Origin: an uncultured bacterium | Lineage (GTDB): Bacteria; Bacillota_I; Bacilli_A; RFN20; CAG-826 | Length of the DNA stretch: 64,000 nt | Direction of reading: 5' to 3' | Assembly (NCBI GenBank): GCA_949299395.1 | Contig: CASGAB010000003.1 | Span: forward strand, 137-64,136 | Shown: in pieces, positions 29,977 through 39,488 of the stretch | Layout: each line of letters starts with the position of its first letter | How positions within the stretch are numbered: the first letter of the stretch is position 1 | Position numbers and translations under genes: made by a program | The notes under the pieces: generated by a model | What the model was told of the DNA's origin: nothing | The model's input: the letters and a program-made list of their open reading frames with translations, nothing else | The model's database searches: none

Positions 29977-31278
29977 ATGGATATTATTGAAATAATTGAG
30001 AAAAAAAGAGATGGTTTTGAATTAAATAGAGAAGAAATTCATTATTTTATTAAAAACTATGTTGATAATTTTATTCCTGATTATCAAGCTAGCGCATTAT
30101 TAATGGCTATTTATCTTCGTGGAATGAGTAAAAAAGAAATTGGCATTTTAACCGATGAAATGCGTGTTTCTGGAGAAGTTTGGGATTTAAGTATGATTCC
30201 TGGACTCAAACTTGATAAACATTCTACTGGTGGAGTTGGTGATAAAGTTTCTCTAGTTTTAGGACCAATGATTGCTTCTTGCGGTGGAAAACTTGCAAAA
30301 ATGAGTGGTCGTGGTTTAGGTCATACTGGTGGAACTTTAGATAAATTAGAATCAATTCCAGGTTTGGATATTCATGAAACTTACGAAGAATTTAAAAATC
30401 AAATTAATACAGTAGGAATGGCTATTATTGGTCAAGATACTGAAATTGATCCAGCTGATAAAAAACTTTATGCATTAAGAGATGTTACAGGCACAGTTTC
30501 TTGCATCCCTTTAATCGCTAGTTCAATTATGTCCAAAAAATTAGCAAGTGGTGCTGACTGTATTCTTTTAGATGTTAAATATGGGAGCGGCGCTTTTATG
30601 AAAACCATCGAAGATGCTAAAAATTTAGCTCAAACAATGGTTGATATAGGAAAAGAATTAAATAAAGACGTTAAAGCTGAAATTACTGATATGGATCAAC
30701 CTTTAGGTTTTGCTGTTGGTAATAATCTTGAAATAAAAGAAGTTATTAATACTTTAAAAGGTAATGGTCCTAAAGATTTAATCGAATTATGTCTTGAAAG
30801 CGGAGCAATTATGCTTCAGCAAGGAAAAATTTTTGATAACGAAATTGATGCTAAAAACGCTTTAATTGAAAACATAAAAAACGGCAAAGCATTCGATAAA
30901 TTTAAAGAATTTATTAAAGCACAAAAAGGTGATGTATCTTATATTGAAAACCCTGAAAAATTCCCTGTTGCTAAAAACGTTATAGAAATTCATTCACCAA
31001 AAACTGGATTTGTTAATAAAATTAACGCTTTAGCTATTGGAAAAGGTTCTATGGAACTTGGTGGTGGAAGAGAAAAGATTGAAGATGAAATCGATATGTC
31101 AGCTGGAATTATCTTAAATAAAAAGATTGGAGATAGCGTAAAAGAAGGAGAATTACTCGCAACTTTATATACAAATAAAGAAGAATATTCTCATGTCGAA
31201 AAAAATGTTTTAGAAGCATTTGAAATCGATGATAAATTCGATGAAAGTAATATTTCAAAGAAGATTTCTATTAATTAG
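29977..31278 (+). CDS. pdp: pyrimidine-nucleoside phosphorylase
   Basis: DKHSTGGVGDK, KMSGRGLGHTGGTLDKLESIPG and SIMSKK. Confidence 0.97.
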   Translation: MDIIEIIEKKRDGFELNREEIHYFIKNYVDNFIPDYQASALLMAIYLRGMSKKEIGILTDEMRVSGEVWDLSMIPGLKLDKHSTGGVGDKVSLVLGPMIASCGGKLAKMSGRGLGHTGGTLDKLESIPGLDIHETYEEFKNQINTVGMAIIGQDTEIDPADKKLYALRDVTGTVSCIPLIASSIMSKKLASGADCILLDVKYGSGAFMKTIEDAKNLAQTMVDIGKELNKDVKAEITDMDQPLGFAVGNNLEIKEVINTLKGNGPKDLIELCLESGAIMLQQGKIFDNEIDAKNALIENIKNGKAFDKFKEFIKAQKGDVSYIENPEKFPVAKNVIEIHSPKTGFVNKINALAIGKGSMELGGGREKIEDEIDMSAGIILNKKIGDSVKEGELLATLYTNKEEYSHVEKNVLEAFEIDDKFDESNISKKISIN

Positions 31279-31292
31279 TAGTTTATTAGTAG

Positions 31293-32576
31293 TTATTTAG
31301 AATTATTTGAGTATTTATTTCTAAGTGATCTAACATCACTTGAACGAACAATTTTCTCTAATTTTGCATAATTATCATTTAATGCTTTCTCATAAGAAGA
31401 GGAAGCATTTTTATTTGCCATATAAAATTTCGCTTCTTTTAAAATTTCAGGAAGATATTGAAGATGTGGCCATACATCTGGCATATCATATGGATATTTA
31501 TCTTCTTCTTGAACGTTAACAGGAGTGTATTTTAAATAATCTAAGACAGGTAAAGGCTTAGAAGAAGCACTATCATATGCTTTATACATAGCTTCGCATG
31601 CTGCTTTCGATTTTGGTGATAAACAAAGGTCAACTATAGCAACAGAAATAGGAATAATTGCTTCAGGTAAACCTACATATTCAGCGGAATCTATCGCAAT
31701 TTTCGTTCTCATGCATGCTTGAGGATTAGCAATACCGACATCTTCATAAGCGGTAACTAAAAGTCTTCTAGTTAAACTTTGTAAATCGTTAGCGATACAT
31801 AATCTTGAGGCATAATATAAGGCAGCATTAACATCGCTTCCTCTAATTGATTTTTGCATAGCAGAAACACTATCATAATGCATATCTTCATCTTTATCGG
31901 TTAAAAGATTCGATACTTTTAAGACTTTTTTAACCATTTCTAGGTTAATTTCTTCTTTTTCATATGAAATTGATAATATTTCTAGGTAATTTAAAGCAAA
32001 GCGGAAATCTCCACCAGAAGAATTAGCAATATAATATAAAGCTTCATCATCAATTTTTAAGTTACCATTAAAACCATTTTTACTATCAATAGCTCTTTTT
32101 AAACCATCGACTATATCGTCATTATTTAAAGGTTTAACTTCTAAAAGATGAACTCTACTTCTTATTGCTCGGTTGATTGAAATATAAGGATTAGCAGTAG
32201 TTGCTCCAATTAAATAAATTGTTCCATTTTCAACAAAAGGAAGTAATATATCTTGCTTGTCTTTATTAATTCGATGAATTTCATCGATAATTACGATTGT
32301 TGGATCATAATATTTTGCTTCTTCAATTGCTTCTTCAATGTCTTTTTTATTTGAAGTAACAGCATTTAAAATTATGATATGGGCATTTAAACTTTTAGCA
32401 TAAGCTTCTGCAATAGTAGTTTTTCCAGTTCCTGGAGGACCATAAAGTATGAAAGATATCGGAGTTTTTGCTTTAACGGAGTTAGTTAAAAAGCCGTGTT
32501 CTCCAACTAAATCTTTTTGACCAATAATTTCACTTAAATCATTTGGTCTAATTCTAAATGCTAAAGGTTTATTCAT
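31293..32576 (-). CDS. rarA: replication-associated recombination protein RarA/MgsA
   Basis: PLAFRIRP, GPPGTGKTT, DEIHR and QKSIRGSD. Confidence 0.95.
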   Translation of the reverse strand: MNKPLAFRIRPNDLSEIIGQKDLVGEHGFLTNSVKAKTPISFILYGPPGTGKTTIAEAYAKSLNAHIIILNAVTSNKKDIEEAIEEAKYYDPTIVIIDEIHRINKDKQDILLPFVENGTIYLIGATTANPYISINRAIRSRVHLLEVKPLNNDDIVDGLKRAIDSKNGFNGNLKIDDEALYYIANSSGGDFRFALNYLEILSISYEKEEINLEMVKKVLKVSNLLTDKDEDMHYDSVSAMQKSIRGSDVNAALYYASRLCIANDLQSLTRRLLVTAYEDVGIANPQACMRTKIAIDSAEYVGLPEAIIPISVAIVDLCLSPKSKAACEAMYKAYDSASSKPLPVLDYLKYTPVNVQEEDKYPYDMPDVWPHLQYLPEILKEAKFYMANKNASSSYEKALNDNYAKLEKIVRSSDVRSLRNKYSNNSK

Positions 32577-32627
32577 ACTATTAAATTATATAGGATTTTA
32601 GGCAAAAATGTATTAATATAATGAACG

Positions 32628-33077
32628 ATGAAAGTACTAATTCAACGCGTATTAAACGCTAATGTAAAAATAGATGGTGCCTTAGTTAATGAAATATCAA
32701 AAGGATATTTACTTTTGGTATCTTTTACTGAGGGAGATAATGAAGAAATTGCTAATAAAATCGCAGAAAAAGTCTGTAATTTACGTATTTTTGAAGATGA
32801 AAATGGTAAAACCAATTTATCTTTAAAAGAAGTTGGAGGAGAAATTTTATCTATTTCTCAATTTACTTTATATGCTGATATTAGAAAAGGAAATCGACCA
32901 TCATTTATTCATTCATTAAGACCTAATGAAGCAGTTATTTTATATGAAAAATTTAACGAAAAGATTAGAAGTTTAGGTTTTAATGTTAAAACTGGTGTTT
33001 TTGGTGCTGACATGAAGATTAATTTAGTTAATGATGGACCATTTACAATTATGGTCGATTCTAAGGAGCTTTTTTAA
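32628..33077 (+). CDS. dtd: D-aminoacyl-tRNA deacylase
   Basis: SQFTL, KGNRPSF and NDGPFT. Confidence 0.97.
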   Translation: MKVLIQRVLNANVKIDGALVNEISKGYLLLVSFTEGDNEEIANKIAEKVCNLRIFEDENGKTNLSLKEVGGEILSISQFTLYADIRKGNRPSFIHSLRPNEAVILYEKFNEKIRSLGFNVKTGVFGADMKINLVNDGPFTIMVDSKELF

Positions 33078-33080
33078 TTT

Positions 33081-34211
33081 ATGAAGGTAATGTTAGGTTT
33101 AAGCGGCGGTGTTGATAGTGCTGTTGCTGCTTATTTATTAAAAAAGCAAGGTCATGAAGTAGTTTGTTGCTTTATGAGAAATTGGGATTCGTTAGCAAAT
33201 AACGATTATTTAGGTAACCCAACAATTGATAATAATATTTGTCCACAAGAACAAGATTATTTAGATGCAAAAGATGTTGCCGATAGACTCGGTTTACCTC
33301 TTTTAAGAATTGATTATATTAAGGAATATTGGGATCATGTTTTTTCTTATTTTATTGAAGAATATAAAAAAGGAAGAACACCAAATCCAGATATTTTCTG
33401 TAATAAATATATTAAATTTGGACCTTTTATTGATTTTGCTAAAGAAAACGGCTGCGATATGATTGCAATGGGGCACTATGCAAAAAGAGTTGAAAAAGAT
33501 GGTAAAGTTTATCTTTATAAAGCTTTTGATAAAAGTAAGGATCAATCATATTTTTTAAGTCAAATTAATAGTGATCAACTTAAATTTTGTTTATTCCCAT
33601 TAGGAGATATAACAAAAAAAGAAGTTCGTCAAATTGCAGAAGAACTTAATCTTGCTTCCGTTGAATATAAAAAAGACTCAACTGGAATTTGTTTTATTGG
33701 CGAAAGAAATTTTAAAGAATTCTTAAAAAACTATATTCCTGCTCAAAAAGGTAAAATCGTAGAAGTTTCTTCTAATATGGTAGTAGGAGAACATGAAGGA
33801 GTATATTATTATACTTTAGGTCAAAGAAAAGGCTTAGGAATCGGTGGAATTAAAGGATTAGATTCTCATGGTTTCTTTGTTTGCAAAAAAGACGTTAAAA
33901 ACAACATTTTATATGTTGCAAAAGATGAAGAAGATGAACATTTATTTAGTGATGAAGCAATTATTTCTTCAATGAATTACTTTAATGAACATATTGAAGA
34001 TGGCGAACATTTAAATGTTAAATTTCGTTATCGTCAAGAAGATAGGGGCGTAACATGCTATAATCTTGAAAATGGCGATATTAAACTTGTTTATGATGAG
34101 CCATATAAAGCAGTCACTCCAGGACAAGCTTGCGTATTTTATAAAGGTGAAGAATGTGTTGGTGGTGGCTTAATTGAACACATTTTCTATAAAGGTAAAT
34201 TAAAAGATTAA
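33081..34211 (+). CDS. mnmA: tRNA 2-thiouridylase MnmA
   Basis: SGGVDS, PNPDIFCN, KDQSYFL, DSTGICFIG and TPGQ. Confidence 0.98.
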   Translation: MKVMLGLSGGVDSAVAAYLLKKQGHEVVCCFMRNWDSLANNDYLGNPTIDNNICPQEQDYLDAKDVADRLGLPLLRIDYIKEYWDHVFSYFIEEYKKGRTPNPDIFCNKYIKFGPFIDFAKENGCDMIAMGHYAKRVEKDGKVYLYKAFDKSKDQSYFLSQINSDQLKFCLFPLGDITKKEVRQIAEELNLASVEYKKDSTGICFIGERNFKEFLKNYIPAQKGKIVEVSSNMVVGEHEGVYYYTLGQRKGLGIGGIKGLDSHGFFVCKKDVKNNILYVAKDEEDEHLFSDEAIISSMNYFNEHIEDGEHLNVKFRYRQEDRGVTCYNLENGDIKLVYDEPYKAVTPGQACVFYKGEECVGGGLIEHIFYKGKLKD

Positions 34212-34212
34212 G

Positions 34213-34764
34213 ATGAGAAGTTTTATTTTTAGAACAATTACAATTGTTGCTACGGTAGTTTTTTATATCGTATCTTTTGTTTTACTTTTATTGCTCGATT
34301 TTGAAGCACAAAATGGAACAATGGTTAGCTTAATTAATGGTCAAACTGCTATATTTGGAGGAAATTCAACAATTATTAGAGGAACTTACTCCTTGAACGA
34401 ATTAGTTTTAGATACCTCACTTTTTAGACCAGCAACATTTGCTTTTGATTATTTAACCACAATTGGACTAGTAGTTAATGTTTTAACTCTTATCTTTATG
34501 ATTTTCTATTTCAATAGAAAAATATTACTTTTAATTTCAACAATTGTTAACGTATTGTCTCTTGCATTTTTAGCATTACAACCTCAATTTTTCTTAGTTG
34601 TTAATAGTGGTCAAGAGTTTTATCAAGAGATTTATAATCCAGCAAATGATAATAAAATAATCTCGATTGGAATTATTGTTTTTATCATTATTAATGGCGT
34701 AATTGATTTATTCTATTTAGTTCGATCTTTTGCACTCTTTAAAACTAAAAAAACTATTGAATAA
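34213..34764 (+). CDS. hypothetical membrane protein (~4 TM)
   Basis: Four hydrophobic segments; starts 1 nt after the mnmA stop; no family recognised. Confidence 0.75.
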   Translation: MRSFIFRTITIVATVVFYIVSFVLLLLLDFEAQNGTMVSLINGQTAIFGGNSTIIRGTYSLNELVLDTSLFRPATFAFDYLTTIGLVVNVLTLIFMIFYFNRKILLLISTIVNVLSLAFLALQPQFFLVVNSGQEFYQEIYNPANDNKIISIGIIVFIIINGVIDLFYLVRSFALFKTKKTIE

Positions 34765-34789
34765 TATCATTATTTTTTCTATAATTTTG

Positions 34790-35005
34790 ACCGAGGAAAA
34801 GAAAGGTAAAAATTTATTTTCTTAGAGAGTAGTCATTTGGTGAAAGACTATAAAATAAAATTATCTTAGCCACTTCCCATTAAAAAGGTTAAAAGCCTCG
34901 TTTGTTACGTTATAACTATTAAATTAAGTGCAAAATTACATTTTGAAATAGGATGGTACCGCGATAAATTCGTTCCTAAATAATTTTTATTATTTAGGTT
35001 TTTTT
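34790..35005 (+). promoter_or_regulatory. T-box riboswitch (Ala specifier GCC) upstream of alaS
   Basis: AGAGAG and GGTGAAA stem-I motifs; GCC at 34869-34871; T-box GGATGGTACCGCG at 34951-34963; terminator CCTAAATAAT/ATTATTTAGG followed by T7. Confidence 0.9.
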
Positions 35006-35023
35006 ATTTTTGGAGGCATGTTT

Positions 35024-37633
35024 ATGAAATATTTAACATCACAACAAATTAGAGATACTTGGTTAAACTTCTTTAAAGAAAGAGGTCATATGATTGAACC
35101 GGGTGCAAGTTTAATTCCACATAATGATCCATCTTTACTTTGGATTAACGCTGGTGTTGCTGCATTAAAAAAATATTTTGATGGAAGTGAAATTCCTGAA
35201 TGTAAAAGAATTACAAATGTTCAAAAATGTATTAGAACAAATGATATAGATAACGTTGGTAGAACTGCAAGACACCACACATTCTTTGAAATGCTTGGTA
35301 ATTTCTCTATTGGTGATTATTTTAGAAAAGAAATTGTTGAATGGGCATTTGATATTTTAACTAACGAAAAATATTTTGGTTTAGATAAAGAAAAATTATA
35401 TGTTACATATCATCCAGACGATAAAGAAACATGTGAATTATGGATTAAGCAAGGTTTAGATGAATCTCATTTAATTCCATTAGAAGGAAATTTTTGGCAA
35501 ATTGGTGAAGGGCCTTGTGGACCTAACACTGAAGTTTTCTTTGATCGTGGTGAAAAATATGATCCAGAAAATATTGGTATAGATTTACTTAAAAACGATA
35601 TGGAAAATGATCGTTATATTGAAATTTGGGGTATCGTTTTCTCTCAATTTAATGCTGTTAATGGTGTAGAAAGAAAAGATTATAAAGAATTACCACATAA
35701 AAACATCGATACTGGTGCAGGTTTAGAAAGAATTGCTTGTGTTTTACAAGAAACAGAAACAAATTTTGAAACCGACCTTTTCATGCCTTATATTAAAGAA
35801 ACTCAAAAATTATGCGATAAACCTTATGAAGGTGAATATTTAATGCCATATAGAGTTATTGCTGATCATATTAGAGCATGTACATTTGCTCTTGCTGATG
35901 GTGAATTCTTCTCAAATGAAGGAAGAGGCTATGTTTTAAGAAGACTTTTAAGAAGAGCTATGAGATATGGCCAAAAACTCGGATTCCACGAACCATTCTT
36001 ATATAAACTTGTTCCTACAGTTGCTGAGAATATGAATGGATTCTATCCATATTTAATGGATAAACAAGAATTTTTAATGAAAATCATTAAAGCAGAAGAA
36101 GAAAAATTCTTAAAAACTTTAAATAGTGGCGAAATGATTTTAAATGAAATGATTGAAGGAAAAACTGAATTAAGTGGTGAAGATGCATTTAAACTTTATG
36201 ATACTTATGGTTTCCCAATCGAATTAACTAGAGAAATTTGTGAAGATGGTGGAGTTAATGTTGATTTTGATAAATTCAAAGAATGTTTAGAAAAACAAAA
36301 AGAACTCGCAAGAAATTCTAGAAAAAATATCGAATCTTTCAATAAACAATCAAAAGATTTATTGGATTTTAAAGATGAATCTTCATTTACATATGATTAT
36401 AGTGATTTAACAAGTAAAGTTATTGGTTTATTTAAAGATGATGTTAAAGTCAATTCATTAGAAGACGAAGGAGATATTATCGTTGAAAAAACCAATTTCT
36501 ATGCGGAAATGGGTGGTCAAGTTGCTGATACGGGTGTTATTGAAAATGATAACTTTAGTTCAATTGTAACTAACGTTATTAAAGCTCCAAATAAGCAACA
36601 TTTACATCACATTAAAATTAAACTTGGAACAGTTTCATTAGGTGACACAGTCAAACTTTCTATCGATAAGGATAGAAGACATGCAATTATGAAAAACCAT
36701 AGTGCAACTCACCTTTTACAATCTGCATTAATTAATATTGTTGGTAAAGATATTCGTCAAAAGGGTAGCTTCGTTAACGAAGAATATTTAAGGTTTGACT
36801 TCTCACACTTTGAAAAGATCGATCCAATTACATTAGGAAAAGTTGAAAGAGAAGTTAACCGTTATATTTCAATGATGTTAGAAAATAACACAGTTGAACT
36901 TCCTGTTGAAGAAGCTAAAAATACAGGTGCTTTAGCTGAATTCGATGAAAAATATGGCGATTTAGTTAGAGTTGTTTCTTTTGGAGATGTCTCAAAAGAA
37001 TTCTGTGGTGGAACACACTGTAAAAATACTGGAGATATCGGATTATTTGTTATTAAATCAGAAGAAAGTATTTCAGCTGGTGTTAGAAGAATTGAAGCAA
37101 CAACTTCATTCTCTGCATATAAATATTTAAAGCAAAGAGATGATTTATTAGCTCAAATTAGAGAAGATCTCGATGTTAAATCAAATAGTGAAATTATGCA
37201 AAGATTAAGTGTTTTAAATAATGATTTAGCAGAAGTTAAAGAAATTGTTAAAAACATGAATAAGAAAATGGTTGAAAATCAACAAAGAACAATTGCTGAT
37301 TTAATTAAAAATGAAAAAGAAGTTACCTTCTTTGTTAGATATTTCAGTGATTTAAATAGAGATGGCTTAATGCAAATTTTAAATTTCATTAAAGGTAGAG
37401 CTCAAAATTATCTTGTTATCTTAGTTGGTAATGAAGATGGTAAACATCCAATTGTTGTTGGAGCAAGCCAAGATCTAATTGAAAAAGGATATAAAGCAGG
37501 AGAAGTTTTAAAGAAAATTGCTGCTGTTTGTGGCGGAAATGGTGGTGGAAAACCAGATCGTGCTCAAGGTAATATTCTTGATATTGAGAAATTAAATTTC
37601 ACATTAGAAGATTTAAAAGAATGGAAAAAATAA
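35024..37633 (+). CDS. alaS: alanine--tRNA ligase (ATG 35024 fits the GGAGG spacing)
   Basis: HHTFFEMLGNFS, IDTGAGLER, NHSATHLL, LRFDFSH, EFCGGTH and GGNGGG. Confidence 0.98.
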   Translation: MKYLTSQQIRDTWLNFFKERGHMIEPGASLIPHNDPSLLWINAGVAALKKYFDGSEIPECKRITNVQKCIRTNDIDNVGRTARHHTFFEMLGNFSIGDYFRKEIVEWAFDILTNEKYFGLDKEKLYVTYHPDDKETCELWIKQGLDESHLIPLEGNFWQIGEGPCGPNTEVFFDRGEKYDPENIGIDLLKNDMENDRYIEIWGIVFSQFNAVNGVERKDYKELPHKNIDTGAGLERIACVLQETETNFETDLFMPYIKETQKLCDKPYEGEYLMPYRVIADHIRACTFALADGEFFSNEGRGYVLRRLLRRAMRYGQKLGFHEPFLYKLVPTVAENMNGFYPYLMDKQEFLMKIIKAEEEKFLKTLNSGEMILNEMIEGKTELSGEDAFKLYDTYGFPIELTREICEDGGVNVDFDKFKECLEKQKELARNSRKNIESFNKQSKDLLDFKDESSFTYDYSDLTSKVIGLFKDDVKVNSLEDEGDIIVEKTNFYAEMGGQVADTGVIENDNFSSIVTNVIKAPNKQHLHHIKIKLGTVSLGDTVKLSIDKDRRHAIMKNHSATHLLQSALINIVGKDIRQKGSFVNEEYLRFDFSHFEKIDPITLGKVEREVNRYISMMLENNTVELPVEEAKNTGALAEFDEKYGDLVRVVSFGDVSKEFCGGTHCKNTGDIGLFVIKSEESISAGVRRIEATTSFSAYKYLKQRDDLLAQIREDLDVKSNSEIMQRLSVLNNDLAEVKEIVKNMNKKMVENQQRTIADLIKNEKEVTFFVRYFSDLNRDGLMQILNFIKGRAQNYLVILVGNEDGKHPIVVGASQDLIEKGYKAGEVLKKIAAVCGGNGGGKPDRAQGNILDIEKLNFTLEDLKEWKK

Positions 37634-38040
37634 TTGGTTTAGATTTAGGAACGACTTCGTTAGGAATAGCTTATTCCGATTCATTAGGAATTGTTCATAA
37701 TTATGAAAATTTCAATTTTGAAAGAGGAAATTATAAAAAAGCTAGAGAACATTTAATTGAAGTAATTAATAAACTTGATACTAAAAAGATAGTCATCGGT
37801 TTACCTCTTCAACTTGATCGAAATGAAGGAGAAAGATGTAAATCTGTTCGTCGATTTGCTGCGGATGTATTAAAATTAGATGATACAATCGAATTTATTT
37901 ATTTTGATGAATCTTTTTCAACAATCGAAGCAAAGCAAAGATTAATTGAATCAGGTGCTAAAAGTGATGATATAAAAGCTAATATCGATATGGTTAGTGC
38001 TTATATTATTTTAGAAGATTATTTAAGGAGTAAGAGATGA
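37621..38040 (+). CDS. ruvX: YqgF/RuvX pre-16S rRNA nuclease / resolvase-like protein
   Basis: GLDLG, IVIGLP, DESFST and ID..SA..IL; follows alaS. Confidence 0.93.
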   Translation: MEKIIGLDLGTTSLGIAYSDSLGIVHNYENFNFERGNYKKAREHLIEVINKLDTKKIVIGLPLQLDRNEGERCKSVRRFAADVLKLDDTIEFIYFDESFSTIEAKQRLIESGAKSDDIKANIDMVSAYIILEDYLRSKR

Positions 38041-38306
38041 AAAAAGAATTAGGTGAAAACGAAATTCAAATTTATGATGAAGAAGGTAATGAATATTTAT
38101 TCAATATCCTTTTTACATATGAAAATGAAGAACGCGGAGCAGAATATGTTTTCGTTTATGATCCAGCAAAACCAGAAGATATTTTCGTTATGAAATATAA
38201 TGAAGATGGTGAGCTTTTTGAAGTTACTGATGAAGAAGAATTAGCAGAAGCTGATGAAGTTTTAGGAGCTTATGAAGAAGATCCTAAAATAAACGACATT
38301 AAGTAA
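38037..38306 (+). CDS. DUF1292 (YrzB-like) acidic protein
   Basis: IYDEEGNE...FEVTDEEE; usual position after ruvX. Confidence 0.85.
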   Translation: MKKELGENEIQIYDEEGNEYLFNILFTYENEERGAEYVFVYDPAKPEDIFVMKYNEDGELFEVTDEEELAEADEVLGAYEEDPKINDIK

Positions 38307-38363
38307 TAGAATTAATTATTAATTATTGATAAAATATTTATCGCGAATAGTGAGGAAAAAGAT

Positions 38364-38864
38364 ATGGTAAATTCAAAAGATTTAGTTTTAACAAAAGAAG
38401 GTGCTGAAGGCTTAAAAGCTGAATATAGAAGATTAATTGATATTGAACGTCCTGCAGTTATCGAACAACTTCAAGCTGCTAGAGCAATGGGCGACTTAAG
38501 TGAAAACGCTGATTATGATGCTGCTAGAAATAAACAAGCTGAAATTGAAGGTAGAATTAAAGAAATCGAAGCAATTTTAGCTGATGCAAAGATTGTTGTT
38601 GATAATAAAAAAGCAAAAGATGTTAAACTTTCAAACATCGTTACTTATAAAGATTTATCAACAAATGAAGATATTACAGTTAAAATCATTTCTTCAGTTG
38701 AATTAATGCAACATAAAGATAGTAGTGGAAATGATGATAACAATGTCATTAAAATTTCAAATGTTTGCGCTTTAGGTCAAGCATTACTTGGTCATTCAGT
38801 TGGTGACACTGTCACTGTTAAAGTTGCAAAACCTTACGATATTGAAATTGTTTCTATTAAATAA
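38364..38864 (+). CDS. greA: transcription elongation factor GreA
   Basis: ARAMGDLSENADYDAA and ALGQALLG. Confidence 0.97.
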   Translation: MVNSKDLVLTKEGAEGLKAEYRRLIDIERPAVIEQLQAARAMGDLSENADYDAARNKQAEIEGRIKEIEAILADAKIVVDNKKAKDVKLSNIVTYKDLSTNEDITVKIISSVELMQHKDSSGNDDNNVIKISNVCALGQALLGHSVGDTVTVKVAKPYDIEIVSIK

Positions 38865-38867
38865 TAA

Positions 38868-38931
38868 AAATTTTTAAAAAAGTGAATAAAAAACCTCCTT
38901 TGTAGCATTCTTGTATATAAAGGAGGTTTTT
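38868..38931 (+). promoter_or_regulatory. putative alternative-sigma promoter inside an RBS-sequestering hairpin upstream of comEA
   Basis: AAATTTTTAAAAAAGTGA-N18-AGCATTCTTGT, shared with 61287-61333; 16-bp stem 38889-38904/38916-38931 pairs CCTCCTTT with AAAGGAGG. Confidence 0.65.
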
Positions 38932-38936
38932 ATTTT

Positions 38937-39488
38937 ATGATTATTAAAATCATATTAGGCGGTTTAATTGTAACTGTTATTGGACTTGTTGTTTTCCAAG
39001 CGATTGATTCTAATTTAAAAAATGTGGGAAATCCAGATGATTCTATTATTAATAATGGAATCGAAGAAGAAAACAAGATTTCAGTTGGCGTAAGTGGTGA
39101 AGTTACTAGAAGCGGTAATTATGTTCTTGATGAAGGAGCTACCATGGCTGATTTAATTGAAGCGGCTGGAGGAGTTACAAGTAATGCTGATGAAAGATGT
39201 TATTTCTTTGAAGCTGTTTTAGAAGATACTGAATCTTACTATATTCCACCTAAATTTGAAGTAGATGATGTTTGTGGAAATAATCCAATTTTTAAAATTA
39301 ATATCAATTCTGCTTCAAGTGCTGAATTGATGGAAATTACTGGCGTTGGTGAAACTATTAGTGAGAAAATAGTAGATTATCGAGATGAAAATGGTACTTT
39401 TTATGCTTTAGAAGAGCTTAAAAAAGTTAATGGAATCGGACCTTCTACCTTCAGTAAGATGAGAAATGAAATCATCTTGAAAGATTAA
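38937..39488 (+). CDS. comEA: competence DNA receptor ComEA
   Basis: N-terminal TM, SLBB domain (VSGEV..G.Y...AAGG) and HhH (ININSAS..L..ITGVG, VNGIG). Confidence 0.92.
   Translation: MIIKIILGGLIVTVIGLVVFQAIDSNLKNVGNPDDSIINNGIEEENKISVGVSGEVTRSGNYVLDEGATMADLIEAAGGVTSNADERCYFFEAVLEDTESYYIPPKFEVDDVCGNNPIFKININSASSAELMEITGVGETISEKIVDYRDENGTFYALEELKKVNGIGPSTFSKMRNEIILKD

Noticed and set aside
36791..36793. Possible AGG-to-Met reassignment, known in some uncultured Bacilli
   Set aside because: AGG encodes the conserved Arg of the AlaRS LRFDF motif, so AGG reads as Arg here.
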